Shown here: positions 29,742-38,318 of the stretch, one piece after another
How the letters are laid out: every line of letters begins with the position of its first letter
Numbering within the stretch: the stretch's first letter is position 1
Sequence record: PZ445416.1
Strand: one strand, 5' to 3'
Length of the DNA: 50,192 bases
DNA from: a phage
Notes under the pieces: generated by a model
Seen by the model: the letters and a program-made list of their open reading frames with translations, nothing else
Database searches by the model: none
Told to the model about the DNA's origin: nothing
Position numbers and translations under genes: made by a program

Positions 29742-30455
29742 ATGAAAGACTTTAATGATATTGAAACCATCGACTTTGCAGAAACTGGTTGCTCATTCAC
29801 TCGCGAAGCAATAGCATCAGGCGGTTATTATCAGGCATTGAAAACGCCAACCTGCAAAGAGATTTCAGGGCGTCGATACAAGGGAACAAATACCCCTGAC
29901 GCTGTTCGTGATTTATGGTCAACTCCGCGCGAGGTTATTGCATACCTTGAGGGGCGATACGGAAAATATGATCTCGACGCTGCGGCAAGCGAAGAAAATA
30001 AAGTTTGCGATAAGTTCTACTCTCAGGAAACAAACTGCTTAAAACGTTGGTGGGGTAAGAATAAGCACGTTTGGTTAAACCCCCCTTATAGCAGACCCGA
30101 TATATTCGTCAAGAAGGCTATTGAGCAAATGGAGCACAATAACCAGATCGATATACTGTTACCCGCCGATAACTCTACGGCGTGGTTTACTGAAGCTCGA
30201 CAGAACGCAGCTGAAATAATCTGGATTGAAGCGGACTTGACTGAGGATATTGACGGCAATGAATACGCGCGATCCGGTCGCCTGGCTTTCATATCCGGTG
30301 AAACTGGAAAGGCCGTAGACGGTAATAACAAAGGTTCGGTAATTTTTATTATGCGCGAACTTAAAGAAGGTGAGGTGCAACAGACTCACTACATCCCAAT
30401 CACAAGCATTTGCCCTTCGGTGAAAAACAAACGAGCAAAGGTGAGGAAAGTATGA
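29742..30455 (+). CDS. dam: DNA N6-adenine methyltransferase (phage Dam-like)
   Basis: Catalytic NPPY motif (WLNPPYS) and upstream acidic SAM-binding region; 237 aa. Confidence 0.75.
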   Translation: MKDFNDIETIDFAETGCSFTREAIASGGYYQALKTPTCKEISGRRYKGTNTPDAVRDLWSTPREVIAYLEGRYGKYDLDAAASEENKVCDKFYSQETNCLKRWWGKNKHVWLNPPYSRPDIFVKKAIEQMEHNNQIDILLPADNSTAWFTEARQNAAEIIWIEADLTEDIDGNEYARSGRLAFISGETGKAVDGNNKGSVIFIMRELKEGEVQQTHYIPITSICPSVKNKRAKVRKV

Positions 30456-30703
30456 TGAGCGAAAAAATGGTTCCTGTTAAATTAACTGAGCAAGGTTTAT
30501 GGCTACTTTATCGAGCTACGTGCTGCGAGATTATGGAGCGAAATGGATTGACTAAGGATGTTATTGGTTGCGATCTGTGGGAGTTCACTAGTTCTCTTGA
30601 TATGTCTTTCGAAGAGATAAGGAATGAATACATTGAGAATTGGCCATTAATCATCCAAAAAGACGTAGAAGAACTTTCTTCTGAGATAATCACACAGCAC
30701 TAA
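30452..30703 (+). CDS. hypothetical protein
   Basis: Start at MMSEK after GAGGAAAG, overlapping the dam stop; 83 aa. Confidence 0.45.
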   Translation: MMSEKMVPVKLTEQGLWLLYRATCCEIMERNGLTKDVIGCDLWEFTSSLDMSFEEIRNEYIENWPLIIQKDVEELSSEIITQH

Positions 30704-30737
30704 TTGCTAAAACTACCCGGCGAAAGTCGGGTATAGT
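30695..30737 (+). promoter_or_regulatory. Box-A cassette
   Basis: CAGCACTAATTGCTA, 22 bp containing hairpin ACCCGGCGAAAGTCGGGT, TATAGT; upstream stop TAA is inside the box. Confidence 0.6.
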
Positions 30738-30769
30738 TATTTCATGGAAACGAAATGAGGAATCAGAAG

Positions 30770-30979
30770 ATGGCACGCATTAACGCAAACTTTTTCAATA
30801 TCGCCCAGCAGTCTGCAAAAATGGCCGTTCATATTACGAACAAGCAAGGCGGCAACTTCGATTGGGATATTGCTATGAACTTCCTTAAAATGTCTTATTA
30901 CCGTTGCTCGGTTGAAGAAGTCGAAGGCTTTATCTCTGACGTGGAGAAAATAACTAATGCTGATAAAAAAGAAAGGTAA
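30770..30979 (+). CDS. hypothetical protein
   Basis: Start at MARIN after GAGGAA, downstream of Box-A cassette 30695-30737. Confidence 0.45.
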   Translation: MARINANFFNIAQQSAKMAVHITNKQGGNFDWDIAMNFLKMSYYRCSVEEVEGFISDVEKITNADKKER

Positions 30980-31229
30980 GCGCGAAGTGTGGGAGCACGC
31001 AAAGGAATGCGGAATCTCAGACGATATAGCACTAATAGCAAAATATTTCGATATAAAGGATGTTAGCATTATCTCAAACGGAAAGATTTCATTTATGGAA
31101 GATATGCCGAGAAAAATGCATAGAGTGCCAGCTACCCCATCACTTGAATTTTATCGTGAAGAAGGAAAGAGAATTGAGCGAGAACGAAAAACAGCAAAGA
31201 GCAACAAGTCTTCCAGGCTTAAACATTAA
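30957..31229 (+). CDS. hypothetical protein (frame-ambiguous region)
   Basis: 90-aa ORF overlapping a second long ORF in another frame over a Lys/Glu/Arg-rich AAG/GAA-repetitive stretch. Confidence 0.35.
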   Translation: MLIKKKGKREVWEHAKECGISDDIALIAKYFDIKDVSIISNGKISFMEDMPRKMHRVPATPSLEFYREEGKRIERERKTAKSNKSSRLKH

Positions 31230-31461
31230 CTTAGATGACTACCAGACCATATGGATCGGAAAGAAGCAGGTTAAGAAAATCCCTTTCTCTGATTGGTTGC
31301 CTCCTGACTTCGTTAATGTGCTTTGCACTATTGGGATCGAGCAAGAGTTGCATATAGGTTATTACTCACCAGGTAGAAACAGTATGATGCTTGAGGTTAA
31401 TGGAAAACTGGTTGAGTTTAAATCTTCAGATCTAGGATTCTGGTTAAAGGCTGTGGCATGA
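31060..31461 (+). CDS. hypothetical protein (frame-ambiguous region)
   Basis: 133-aa ORF; its C-terminal 80 aa look protein-like but the N-terminal part overlaps 30957-31229; no convincing RBS. Confidence 0.35.
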   Translation: MLALSQTERFHLWKICREKCIECQLPHHLNFIVKKERELSENEKQQRATSLPGLNINLDDYQTIWIGKKQVKKIPFSDWLPPDFVNVLCTIGIEQELHIGYYSPGRNSMMLEVNGKLVEFKSSDLGFWLKAVA

Positions 31462-31539
31462 GACTTTATTTTGCTGTAGTATTAACACCGCTAATTTCAT
31501 TTTCAGTAATGTATTTCATTATCATGTAAGGATTAAAAT

Positions 31540-32691
31540 ATGTCACAATCTAAAATCACTACCGAGCAACTTATCGAAGAACGCATGAACGGACTTACAC
31601 TTCGCGAGATCGCGGAAAAGTACGGTATGCACATTCGCACGGTTGAAGCTCGCCACGCAAAATTGGCAAAAGAAGGCCACTTCCACGGTAACGAGCATGT
31701 CGCTAAGAACGTACCGGAAGGATTCATGGTAAAAGGTACATCAACGATGATTCGCGGAGATGGGACCGAGGTAGTGCGCTGGGTTAAAACCGATCAGGAC
31801 CGTGAGAAGATCGCGGCAATGATGGAAGCGGCGCGCATTGCATTCTGTGAAGACCTGCCGCGAGCAAAGCCAACCGAGCTACTAGCCTCGCAAGGGCTTA
31901 CGACAGCGATGGGTAAGTTGGCGCTCTATCCGGTGTTCGATCTTCATATTGGTGCGCTTGCTCATAAGCATGAATGCGGTGAGAACTATTCCACCGACGT
32001 AGCGGAAAAAGTGCTTAGCGACTTCTTTAATTACGCGATCGATATCGCGCCGAACGCAGAGAAGGCTGTTCTGTTAATCGGCGGCGACTTCCTTCACTCT
32101 GACGGCCTTGATGCAGTTACCCCGGCAAGTGGTCACGTTCTTGATCAGGACTCACGATACGCAAAATTAGTTCATGTTGCGATTCGTTCGGTACGCCGAG
32201 CCATCGACAAAATGCTTATGAAACACAAAGAAGTCGAGGTCCAGGTTATCGAAGGGAACCACGATCAGTCTGGGATGATTTGGCTGCGAGCTGCAATGTC
32301 GGCATATTATGAAGACGAGCCGCGAGTATTCGTTGACGTTAGTCCTATGATTCTGCATAAGACTCGTTGGGGAAATACCTTGCTGGGATACACTCACGGG
32401 CACACTATGAAAAAGGCAGACACGCGACTTGCAGCAATGGCGGCAGATTTCCGGTCAGACTTCGGTGAGAGCAAGTATGTGTATACTCATAGCGGTCACT
32501 GGCATCACCAGACAATCACTGAGCACTCGCTTGGTATTGATGAAGTACACGGTCAGTTAGGCGCGAAAGATGCATACGCCGCGCGAGGCGGGTGGCGCTC
32601 ATATCGCCAGGCGGCGGTAATAGTTTACGATAAACAGTTTGGTGAAATCGGTCGATTCATCTACCGTCCAGAAATGACAGGATCGCACTAA
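31540..32691 (+). CDS. metallophosphoesterase with N-terminal HTH domain
   Basis: N-terminal LTLREIAEKYGMHIRTVEARHAKL is HTH-like; calcineurin-type motifs GGDFLHSDG, EGNHDQ, GHTHG and GHWHH. Confidence 0.65.
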   Translation: MSQSKITTEQLIEERMNGLTLREIAEKYGMHIRTVEARHAKLAKEGHFHGNEHVAKNVPEGFMVKGTSTMIRGDGTEVVRWVKTDQDREKIAAMMEAARIAFCEDLPRAKPTELLASQGLTTAMGKLALYPVFDLHIGALAHKHECGENYSTDVAEKVLSDFFNYAIDIAPNAEKAVLLIGGDFLHSDGLDAVTPASGHVLDQDSRYAKLVHVAIRSVRRAIDKMLMKHKEVEVQVIEGNHDQSGMIWLRAAMSAYYEDEPRVFVDVSPMILHKTRWGNTLLGYTHGHTMKKADTRLAAMAADFRSDFGESKYVYTHSGHWHHQTITEHSLGIDEVHGQLGAKDAYAARGGWRSYRQAAVIVYDKQFGEIGRFIYRPEMTGSH

Positions 32692-32725
32692 TTGCTAAAG
32701 ATACCCGAATCCCTTCGGGTATAGT
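32683..32725 (+). promoter_or_regulatory. Box-A cassette
   Basis: TCGCACTAATTGCTA, 22 bp with perfect IR ATACCCGAA/TTCGGGTAT, TATAGT. Confidence 0.6.
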
Positions 32726-32754
32726 AATCACATCGAAAACAAAGAGGATATATC

Positions 32755-32931
32755 ATGAAACTAGTTAAGTGCATCCGAAATGACTCCAAAACACTTCCAT
32801 TCCGCGTAAATCAGATCTATAGTGTTGGTTATGATTTCGGTGGGGGATTATTTGAGATTCACGATGGTCGAGGTTCAGCAATCCAGGCTCCTCTGAACGG
32901 CAGCTATCTGGAATTTATTGCGATAGATTAA
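32755..32931 (+). CDS. small hypothetical protein (58 aa)
   Basis: ORF MKLVKCIRND..., absent from the supplied track; sits at the canonical distance downstream of Box-A cassette 32683-32725 with RBS AAAGAGGA. Confidence 0.4.
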   Translation: MKLVKCIRNDSKTLPFRVNQIYSVGYDFGGGLFEIHDGRGSAIQAPLNGSYLEFIAID

Positions 32932-33049
32932 CAATATCATTCATCACCTTACAGGCTGGCATGATTTACATGCTGGCCTTTTTGCGTTGTGTCAAATAAA
33001 TTTGAAGGTTAAAATCAACTCACTTGTTCAAAAAATATATGGTGAGATT

Positions 33050-33265
33050 ATGAAAGAATTTTTAACCGCAGCTACGTCTAGCACGGGCGGGGCTTCATTA
33101 GTGGGGGCGGCGACCGGGCAACTTTATATTGCTGGCGCTACATTCATTTGCTTTCTGCTTTTTGGTGCTTGGGGCGCATACTGGAAGTATCGTGATAGCA
33201 AGGCGATTCAGGAAGCGTTAAACGATGGCGATCTAAATAAGGCACTTAAGATCAGGGGGAGATAA
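33050..33265 (+). CDS. putative holin
   Basis: 71 aa with one strongly hydrophobic segment ([21 protein letters not shown]) and charged C-terminus; stop overlaps the endolysin start. Confidence 0.55.
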   Translation: MKEFLTAATSSTGGASLVGAATGQLYIAGATFICFLLFGAWGAYWKYRDSKAIQEALNDGDLNKALKIRGR

Positions 33266-33753
33266 TGAGCTTAAAAAATAACGTTATAGGCGCATCGATC
33301 GGGGCTGCTTTGACGTTGACGCCTACCCTACTGGAACGAATCGAAGGGATAGAATACGAGGTGTATTACGATATCGCCGGAGTCCCTACCGTATGCAGCG
33401 GAATAACCGGGCCTGACGTCATACCTGGTAAGAAATACACTAAGCGAGAATGCGATGCATTGCTGATAAAACATATCGGCGTCGCTCAGCGATACGTTGA
33501 CAAAAAGGTGAATGTTGATATTCCGGTAACGATGCGCGCGTCACTGTACAGCTTCACTTTCAACGTTGGTACTGGCGCGTTCGGATCTTCTACAATGCTT
33601 AAGCTAATAAATCAGAGTAAGCACAAGGAAGCGTGCAATCAGTTATGGCGATGGGTATACTACTACAACCCAAAAACAAAAAAGCGAGAAGTGTCTAGAG
33701 GACTCAAGAACCGACGCGCTGAAGAATACGCGTATTGCGTTAAGGAATTATGA
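33265..33753 (+). CDS. endolysin (lysozyme-like muramidase)
   Basis: 162 aa; N-terminal [26 protein letters not shown] resembles the catalytic E...D...T region of GH24 phage lysozymes. Confidence 0.75.
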   Translation: MSLKNNVIGASIGAALTLTPTLLERIEGIEYEVYYDIAGVPTVCSGITGPDVIPGKKYTKRECDALLIKHIGVAQRYVDKKVNVDIPVTMRASLYSFTFNVGTGAFGSSTMLKLINQSKHKEACNQLWRWVYYYNPKTKKREVSRGLKNRRAEEYAYCVKEL

Positions 33754-34154
33754 TGAAACTGAAGAAAACGTGCATTGCGATTGCAGTGGCTTTTGGTGTT
33801 ATTTCCCTATCCGGTTGCTCGACGGCATCTGCCCTGAGCGGTTTAATCGGATCTAAACCGGAAGTTACAGCACAAATCGGAGAGGAGAACACAAAGCAAT
33901 TAGCAGGAGTAACCGCAAAATCCGAAGATAAGCGAGATGTTAAAGTTGAGAAGTCCAATGTAGGAAAGATTGACTCTTCCTTGAAGAAGTCAATTGAAGT
34001 GTCAACCATTAAGGCTAACACGGTTAACGCTGAAAGCATCACAGTAACAAAACCGGAAAACTGGTACGATGCTATCGTTGGCTGGATTCTCGTTTTTATC
34101 GGTCTATTGCTGGTTTATTTTTCACTTCGTAAGGACGAAAAAAAGGAGGCGTAA
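33750..34154 (+). CDS. unimolecular spanin (lipoprotein with C-terminal transmembrane anchor)
   Basis: Lipobox LSGC after a signal peptide, plus C-terminal TM helix [13 protein letters not shown]; overlaps endolysin stop. Confidence 0.7.
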   Translation: MMKLKKTCIAIAVAFGVISLSGCSTASALSGLIGSKPEVTAQIGEENTKQLAGVTAKSEDKRDVKVEKSNVGKIDSSLKKSIEVSTIKANTVNAESITVTKPENWYDAIVGWILVFIGLLLVYFSLRKDEKKEA

Positions 34155-34168
34155 GCCTCCTTTCTTTT
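34138..34168. terminator. bidirectional terminator at lysis cassette end
   Basis: AAAAAAA, GGAGGCGTAAGCCTCC hairpin, TTTCTTTT; between convergent spanin and minus-strand early genes. Confidence 0.6.
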
Positions 34169-34382
34169 ATGCATCATCCCACATGTAACTTTCGTTCGTG
34201 AGTTTTGCGTATTCGCGAACTTCAATCTCACAGGTGTCTCCGTACATCTCAGCGACCTTCTTCTCGTTCGCTACCGCCGTTTCTTCATCCCATCCATCAG
34301 CCTTGCTGTAAATGGTAGGAATCTCACTGCTAGTGCCGTTAGAGTGGTTGTAAACGCGAACTACTAAAAATTTGTTAGCCAT
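34167..34382 (-). CDS. hypothetical protein
   Basis: Start moved to MANKF after AAGGAAAG; downstream of Box-A cassette 34420-34462. Confidence 0.5.
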   Translation of the reverse strand: MANKFLVVRVYNHSNGTSSEIPTIYSKADGWDEETAVANEKKVAEMYGDTCEIEVREYAKLTNESYMWDDA

Positions 34383-34419
34383 GATGCTTTCCTTCAGGTC
34401 GTTTCGTTTCGATGAAACA

Positions 34420-34462
34420 AATATACCCGATACGAGATCGGGTGTTTTAACAAAAAGTGCTA
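34420..34462 (-). promoter_or_regulatory. Box-A cassette (minus strand)
   Basis: Minus strand TAGCACTTTTTGTTA, 22 bp with IR CCCGAT/ATCGGG, TATATT, leader CATCGAAACGAAACGA. Confidence 0.6.
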
Positions 34463-34571
34463 TTTGTACCTTTTTACGTGAAGTAGCAACTCCCCCTCCT
34501 GGTCGCAAAGATTATGCTCGCTTTCGTTACTAGCCCTCATTGAAGTGAGTAACAGACTCAACAACCCTTGC

Positions 34572-34979
34572 TCAAATTCTTCTTTCGTAAGCTGGAGCCT
34601 TGCGCACAATTCGACGTTCTGATCTATCAATGTTTCTACGTTCGCCAAACAAATCTTCATCACTCATCTCTCCAATGTGCATCATTTCCCACGTATACCG
34701 ATTGTTGTAGCCATCAATACACATCAGCTTCATCATTACAGGGCGCTTAATCTTTCCCTTGCACCAGTAAAACCCATCCTTGCAATCAAGATAACCCTCA
34801 GTCACGCAGCGCGCGCAAAACTCCTTAGATAGCGCGCTTGTAAATTCACGGCGAGTCATTCCGGCGGCCTTAGCAAATCGCTCACTTTCCTTGTGGGCGT
34901 ATATAAATTTCGCTATGTGCTGTCGAGTGTATTTGTCGTAACCTTCGCAGAACCTGAACAGATCTAAAAGAAGAAGCAT
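34572..34979 (-). CDS. hypothetical Cys-rich protein
   Basis: 135 aa; Cys cluster CARCVTEGYLDCKDGFYWCKG; start lies 5 nt after the stop of the upstream P-loop gene. Confidence 0.5.
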   Translation of the reverse strand: MLLLLDLFRFCEGYDKYTRQHIAKFIYAHKESERFAKAAGMTRREFTSALSKEFCARCVTEGYLDCKDGFYWCKGKIKRPVMMKLMCIDGYNNRYTWEMMHIGEMSDEDLFGERRNIDRSERRIVRKAPAYERRI

Positions 34980-34983
34980 ATTA

Positions 34984-36552
34984 TTAACCCATCAGTCGAG
35001 GATTGATGAAAACAATATCATCAATCCGGCAAGTGTAGTTCATCTCTTCGAGCGTTATCAGCAGGCTGTCGATTCGCTCAGATACTTTCTGTTGACCGTT
35101 GAACGGCGTAACGTTACGGCACTTTGCAACAATGCTATGAATCGGAGCGCGCCCTTTATTCTTCTTTGCGATCTCAGTGATAACATCAATCAGCTTACGA
35201 GATTCAGCCTCATCACCAGCATACCCGGCGGCGCTTGCGGACGACAGATAAGTCCTGGAAAGCTCATTGAAAATCATAATCGCTTCCTGCATTGTCTCAA
35301 GATCAATCTCACGATTAGATCGGTTCGGTGATTCACCCTCCCAATTCTTGATCGTGTGAAGAACTGAAGCAATGCGCAAGGCGTGCTTATCGAACTTACC
35401 GAGATGACCGCGTAGCATTGAGTGAGAGTATTTGCCCCCGGCGGCGAAATCAGGCTCCATCGCCTGGCGAGCAAGGTTTAATTCACGCATAGCGTTACGG
35501 CTTACAGAGAGAACAACGTTGTCTTCCTTCATGATGTTGTGAACGAGTCTGTAATATTTGCTAACCAGTCCGCGATCGACTTCTTTATACAATGCATCAC
35601 CATTTTCATCACAAAGAATACGAGTACCTAAAAGCGGTTCCTCGCGAACCAATAGGAAACGCTCAGATACACCGATACCGCGCTGGCCTGCGTCCATGAT
35701 ACCCTTGATTGTTTCATCCTGCGCAATGACGCAGATCGAACCGACCGGGCAAAGAGATAAGTTGTTGTCTTGGTTTGAACGCGCGACCTCCATATGGTTT
35801 TTATCCCACGCCTTAAGGATAAGTTCGCTGTTTGATTTCTTATCAGAGCCGCCATAAGTCAGGCCGAGCAATGTGTTGATTGCTGTCGCCTCATCAGAGA
35901 TTACTGAGAAGTGACCTTGAACAGCCGCCACCTTCGCAAGACCTTCAGGTGTAGGATCTGATACAGCGAAAACAATATCAGCCATCTTCTTGATCTTTTC
36001 TTCCAGTTTTTCCTTGTCCTCGTATAGCGCTGCCGTCGTGTTACCCTTCGGGTCGTTTTTAATTTCCTTCTCGACCTGACGTAGCTGACTGGTTAAACGG
36101 ATACGTTCCTTTTTTCGCTCTTCATTCAGTCGCTGAATCTCTGCGCGCATAGGCGTAATCGCTGCGGAGTTAATCGCAGATTTACCTGTTGACGGTGGCT
36201 GGCTGATTACCATGTAAAGAGCGGTTGGTTGTTCTTCTCCGTGATATTGCACCCAAAACTTCCCGAGCATCGCGGCTGATATGCACCCAATGAAATGAGC
36301 GTACGCAGACGAAACAGGGAACTGTACAGACTCGGCCTTTGCTTTTGCATATTCGAATACCAGGTTATCGCCACCTAACGAAATCAGAGGGAACTTATCG
36401 TTGCCGCTATTGATATCGATCGGATCTTGCCAAAATGAAACTGAGTCACCATAGCTGTTTTCACGAATTGCTATCGCCACCGGATTAACTCCAGTGCTAT
36501 TGGCGATCTCAATAATCTGTTGGTAATTCAGTTTTGGCTTAATATTAAACAT
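34984..36552 (-). CDS. P-loop NTPase of unknown function
   Basis: Start moved to MFNIK after AAGGAG; Walker A-like QPPSTGKSA, then long coiled-coil and helical regions; no further family assignment possible. Confidence 0.6.
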   Translation of the reverse strand: MFNIKPKLNYQQIIEIANSTGVNPVAIAIRENSYGDSVSFWQDPIDINSGNDKFPLISLGGDNLVFEYAKAKAESVQFPVSSAYAHFIGCISAAMLGKFWVQYHGEEQPTALYMVISQPPSTGKSAINSAAITPMRAEIQRLNEERKKERIRLTSQLRQVEKEIKNDPKGNTTAALYEDKEKLEEKIKKMADIVFAVSDPTPEGLAKVAAVQGHFSVISDEATAINTLLGLTYGGSDKKSNSELILKAWDKNHMEVARSNQDNNLSLCPVGSICVIAQDETIKGIMDAGQRGIGVSERFLLVREEPLLGTRILCDENGDALYKEVDRGLVSKYYRLVHNIMKEDNVVLSVSRNAMRELNLARQAMEPDFAAGGKYSHSMLRGHLGKFDKHALRIASVLHTIKNWEGESPNRSNREIDLETMQEAIMIFNELSRTYLSSASAAGYAGDEAESRKLIDVITEIAKKNKGRAPIHSIVAKCRNVTPFNGQQKVSERIDSLLITLEEMNYTCRIDDIVFINPRLMG

Positions 36553-36581
36553 CACAATAAACTCCTTAGTTGACGGTGTAA

Positions 36582-36624
36582 ATGATACACCGCCAATGGT
36601 ACACGCGTTTTGCAAAAAGTGCTA
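36582..36624 (-). promoter_or_regulatory. Box-A cassette (minus strand) upstream of P-loop gene
   Basis: Minus strand TAGCACTTTTTGCAA, 22 bp, TATCAT, IR GGTGTA/TACACC. Confidence 0.55.
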
Positions 36625-36628
36625 TTGG

Positions 36629-37045
36629 TTATAAGTATTTGGCCTCAAAGGTTGTGCCGTCTGCGATACTAAAACCAACCTCTTCGCGAAATAAGGTCCA
36701 GCGACAACCATCTTCATCAAAGATGTAACCAGCTACGCCACCGAGAGCGCGACCGCTTTCAACCTGGTAACGCTTGCCAACTTTGAATGATTTTTTCATT
36801 GGGTTGCGATGGTCAAGCCCGGTGCACTTGAGCGTCTTTGTTTTCAACTCAGTGAACTTCGCGAAGAAGATTTCATCAGATCCGTGAATCTGTAATTCAT
36901 CATGCTTTTCAAGTTTTAAATACTTCCCGCATTTTAATTTTACTTCGCGAGTGCCATCATAGCGCTCACGACCTTTGTATAGGTTGTTTACTTCAAATCC
37001 TGTGATTTTATCTGCGTGAGTGCATTTCAGTTTGATGGATTTCAT
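36629..37045 (-). CDS. hypothetical protein
   Basis: 138 aa, RBS CAGGAG, downstream of Box-A cassette 37082-37124. Confidence 0.5.
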   Translation of the reverse strand: MKSIKLKCTHADKITGFEVNNLYKGRERYDGTREVKLKCGKYLKLEKHDELQIHGSDEIFFAKFTELKTKTLKCTGLDHRNPMKKSFKVGKRYQVESGRALGGVAGYIFDEDGCRWTLFREEVGFSIADGTTFEAKYL

Positions 37046-37081
37046 TTCGTTAACTCCTGATTGGTTATCTTGAATAAGGTC

Positions 37082-37124
37082 ACTTTATCAAATGACCTTA
37101 CGGCAATATTAACAAATCGTGCTA
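37082..37124 (-). promoter_or_regulatory. Box-A cassette (minus strand)
   Basis: Minus strand TAGCACGATTTGTTA, 22 bp, TAAAGT enclosed by IR AAGGTCA/TGACCTT, leader CCAATCAGGAG. Confidence 0.55.
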
Positions 37125-37125
37125 T

Positions 37126-37335
37126 TTACCAGGGAATATAATCGTCGTCGTCCTCATCAATATCATCGCCAGGTAACTCGAAGTTTGGATTATATTCGCT
37201 TTCTGCGTCCATATCCATATTCCCTAGAGCGTCCTCAAGTGTGATTTCTTTATATGCAACCTTGATACACCATTCCGCACTAAGCCCGGCATCAAGAGCG
37301 GCAAAATAACGAGTCCAGAAATTATCCCGTTCCAT
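37126..37335 (-). CDS. small acidic protein
   Basis: ATG at 37335 (track start is a TTG one codon upstream); C-terminus LPGDDIDEDDDDYIPW is strongly acidic. Confidence 0.5.
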   Translation of the reverse strand: MERDNFWTRYFAALDAGLSAEWCIKVAYKEITLEDALGNMDMDAESEYNPNFELPGDDIDEDDDDYIPW

Positions 37336-37338
37336 CAA

Positions 37339-37563
37339 TTAACTCCATGAATTAATGTAAATTGAGTTAGCCTCAAGCGTAGCGCGCACATCAGCATCTG
37401 TTGCATTTACTAAGCGCGAGCCTGGCGTGCTGCCGATAACGTTATTACCGTTACGAGTCTTAGTTACCGTCATTGAAATAAAACCGGAAGACTTATCCAT
37501 TTTGATAACTACACGGCCTTTCGCGTTCAGGTGCTTGATGATATTCTCAACTTTAATGCTCAT
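37339..37563 (-). CDS. hypothetical protein
   Basis: 74 aa, RBS AAAGGA, downstream of Box-A cassette 37596-37639. Confidence 0.5.
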   Translation of the reverse strand: MSIKVENIIKHLNAKGRVVIKMDKSSGFISMTVTKTRNGNNVIGSTPGSRLVNATDADVRATLEANSIYINSWS

Positions 37564-37595
37564 TTTTAATTCCTTTGTTTGTTTGGTGTGGGAGT

Positions 37596-37639
37596 AATAT
37601 ACCTTACTCCCTGCTGATTGTCTTTAGCTATTCGTGCTA
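37596..37639 (-). promoter_or_regulatory. Box-A cassette (minus strand, variant box)
   Basis: Minus strand TAGCACGAATAGCTA, 23 bp, TATATT, IR GGGAGTAA/TTACTCCC. Confidence 0.5.
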
Positions 37640-37779
37640 TCAGTACTCAGAAATTACTTTGCACTCTTTGATTGTGCCGCCTAGAACTACTTTCTGCATC
37701 ATTGCCTTTTGGTGGCTATCGTAAACGCGAACATTTTTTACGCTGTTAAATTTGCCAGTATAGAAAGTGTGAATATAAA

Positions 37780-38100
37780 TCATTTTTTACCGTCCCAAGT
37801 TTGATACGCCGTCACCAGGTTGATGCTATGATCTAACTCATCAATGCTTAGCGATCCGATTCGAACCAATTCTTTTTCATGCTTGATATCAATCATCCTG
37901 CCATATGGATGACCTGGAACGTATTTGAACAGTCGCTTGCTGTCGGCAATGTCGGCATTGATCCCGTAGAATCTACCTACCGCCGCCTTCACGCGCTCCA
38001 TGATATTTTTTTCGTGAATTGCCGCCGCGTTATTCAGTGCCGCAACCGTGCTTCCGTTAATCTTCGGTGACTTCGTTGTGATTTTGTAAGTGTGGTTCAT
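37780..38100 (-). CDS. hypothetical protein
   Basis: 106 aa, in an operon-like arrangement with the two upstream genes. Confidence 0.5.
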   Translation of the reverse strand: MNHTYKITTKSPKINGSTVAALNNAAAIHEKNIMERVKAAVGRFYGINADIADSKRLFKYVPGHPYGRMIDIKHEKELVRIGSLSIDELDHSINLVTAYQTWDGKK

Positions 38101-38117
38101 TACTCCCCCTTAACCAG

Positions 38118-38318
38118 TCAGGATAGCTTTCGCGCTTCATCAATGATAACAGGTTCGAGGCGCTCAAGTCGAACGCGGAACGTGTTCATAAATCCCTCGT
38201 TGTTCTTCAATAATTCGAAGGCATCCGTAGCTTCAATTGCGCTATTTCCCATGTAGGCAACTACTCTCTTTTTCGTCTTGCGTGAGATCGCAACCACGCG
38301 GTAGATATTATCACTCAT
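38118..38318 (-). CDS. hypothetical protein
   Basis: Start at MSDNIY; ATGAGTGA overlap with the upstream stop. Confidence 0.45.
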   Translation of the reverse strand: MSDNIYRVVAISRKTKKRVVAYMGNSAIEATDAFELLKNNEGFMNTFRVRLERLEPVIIDEARKLS

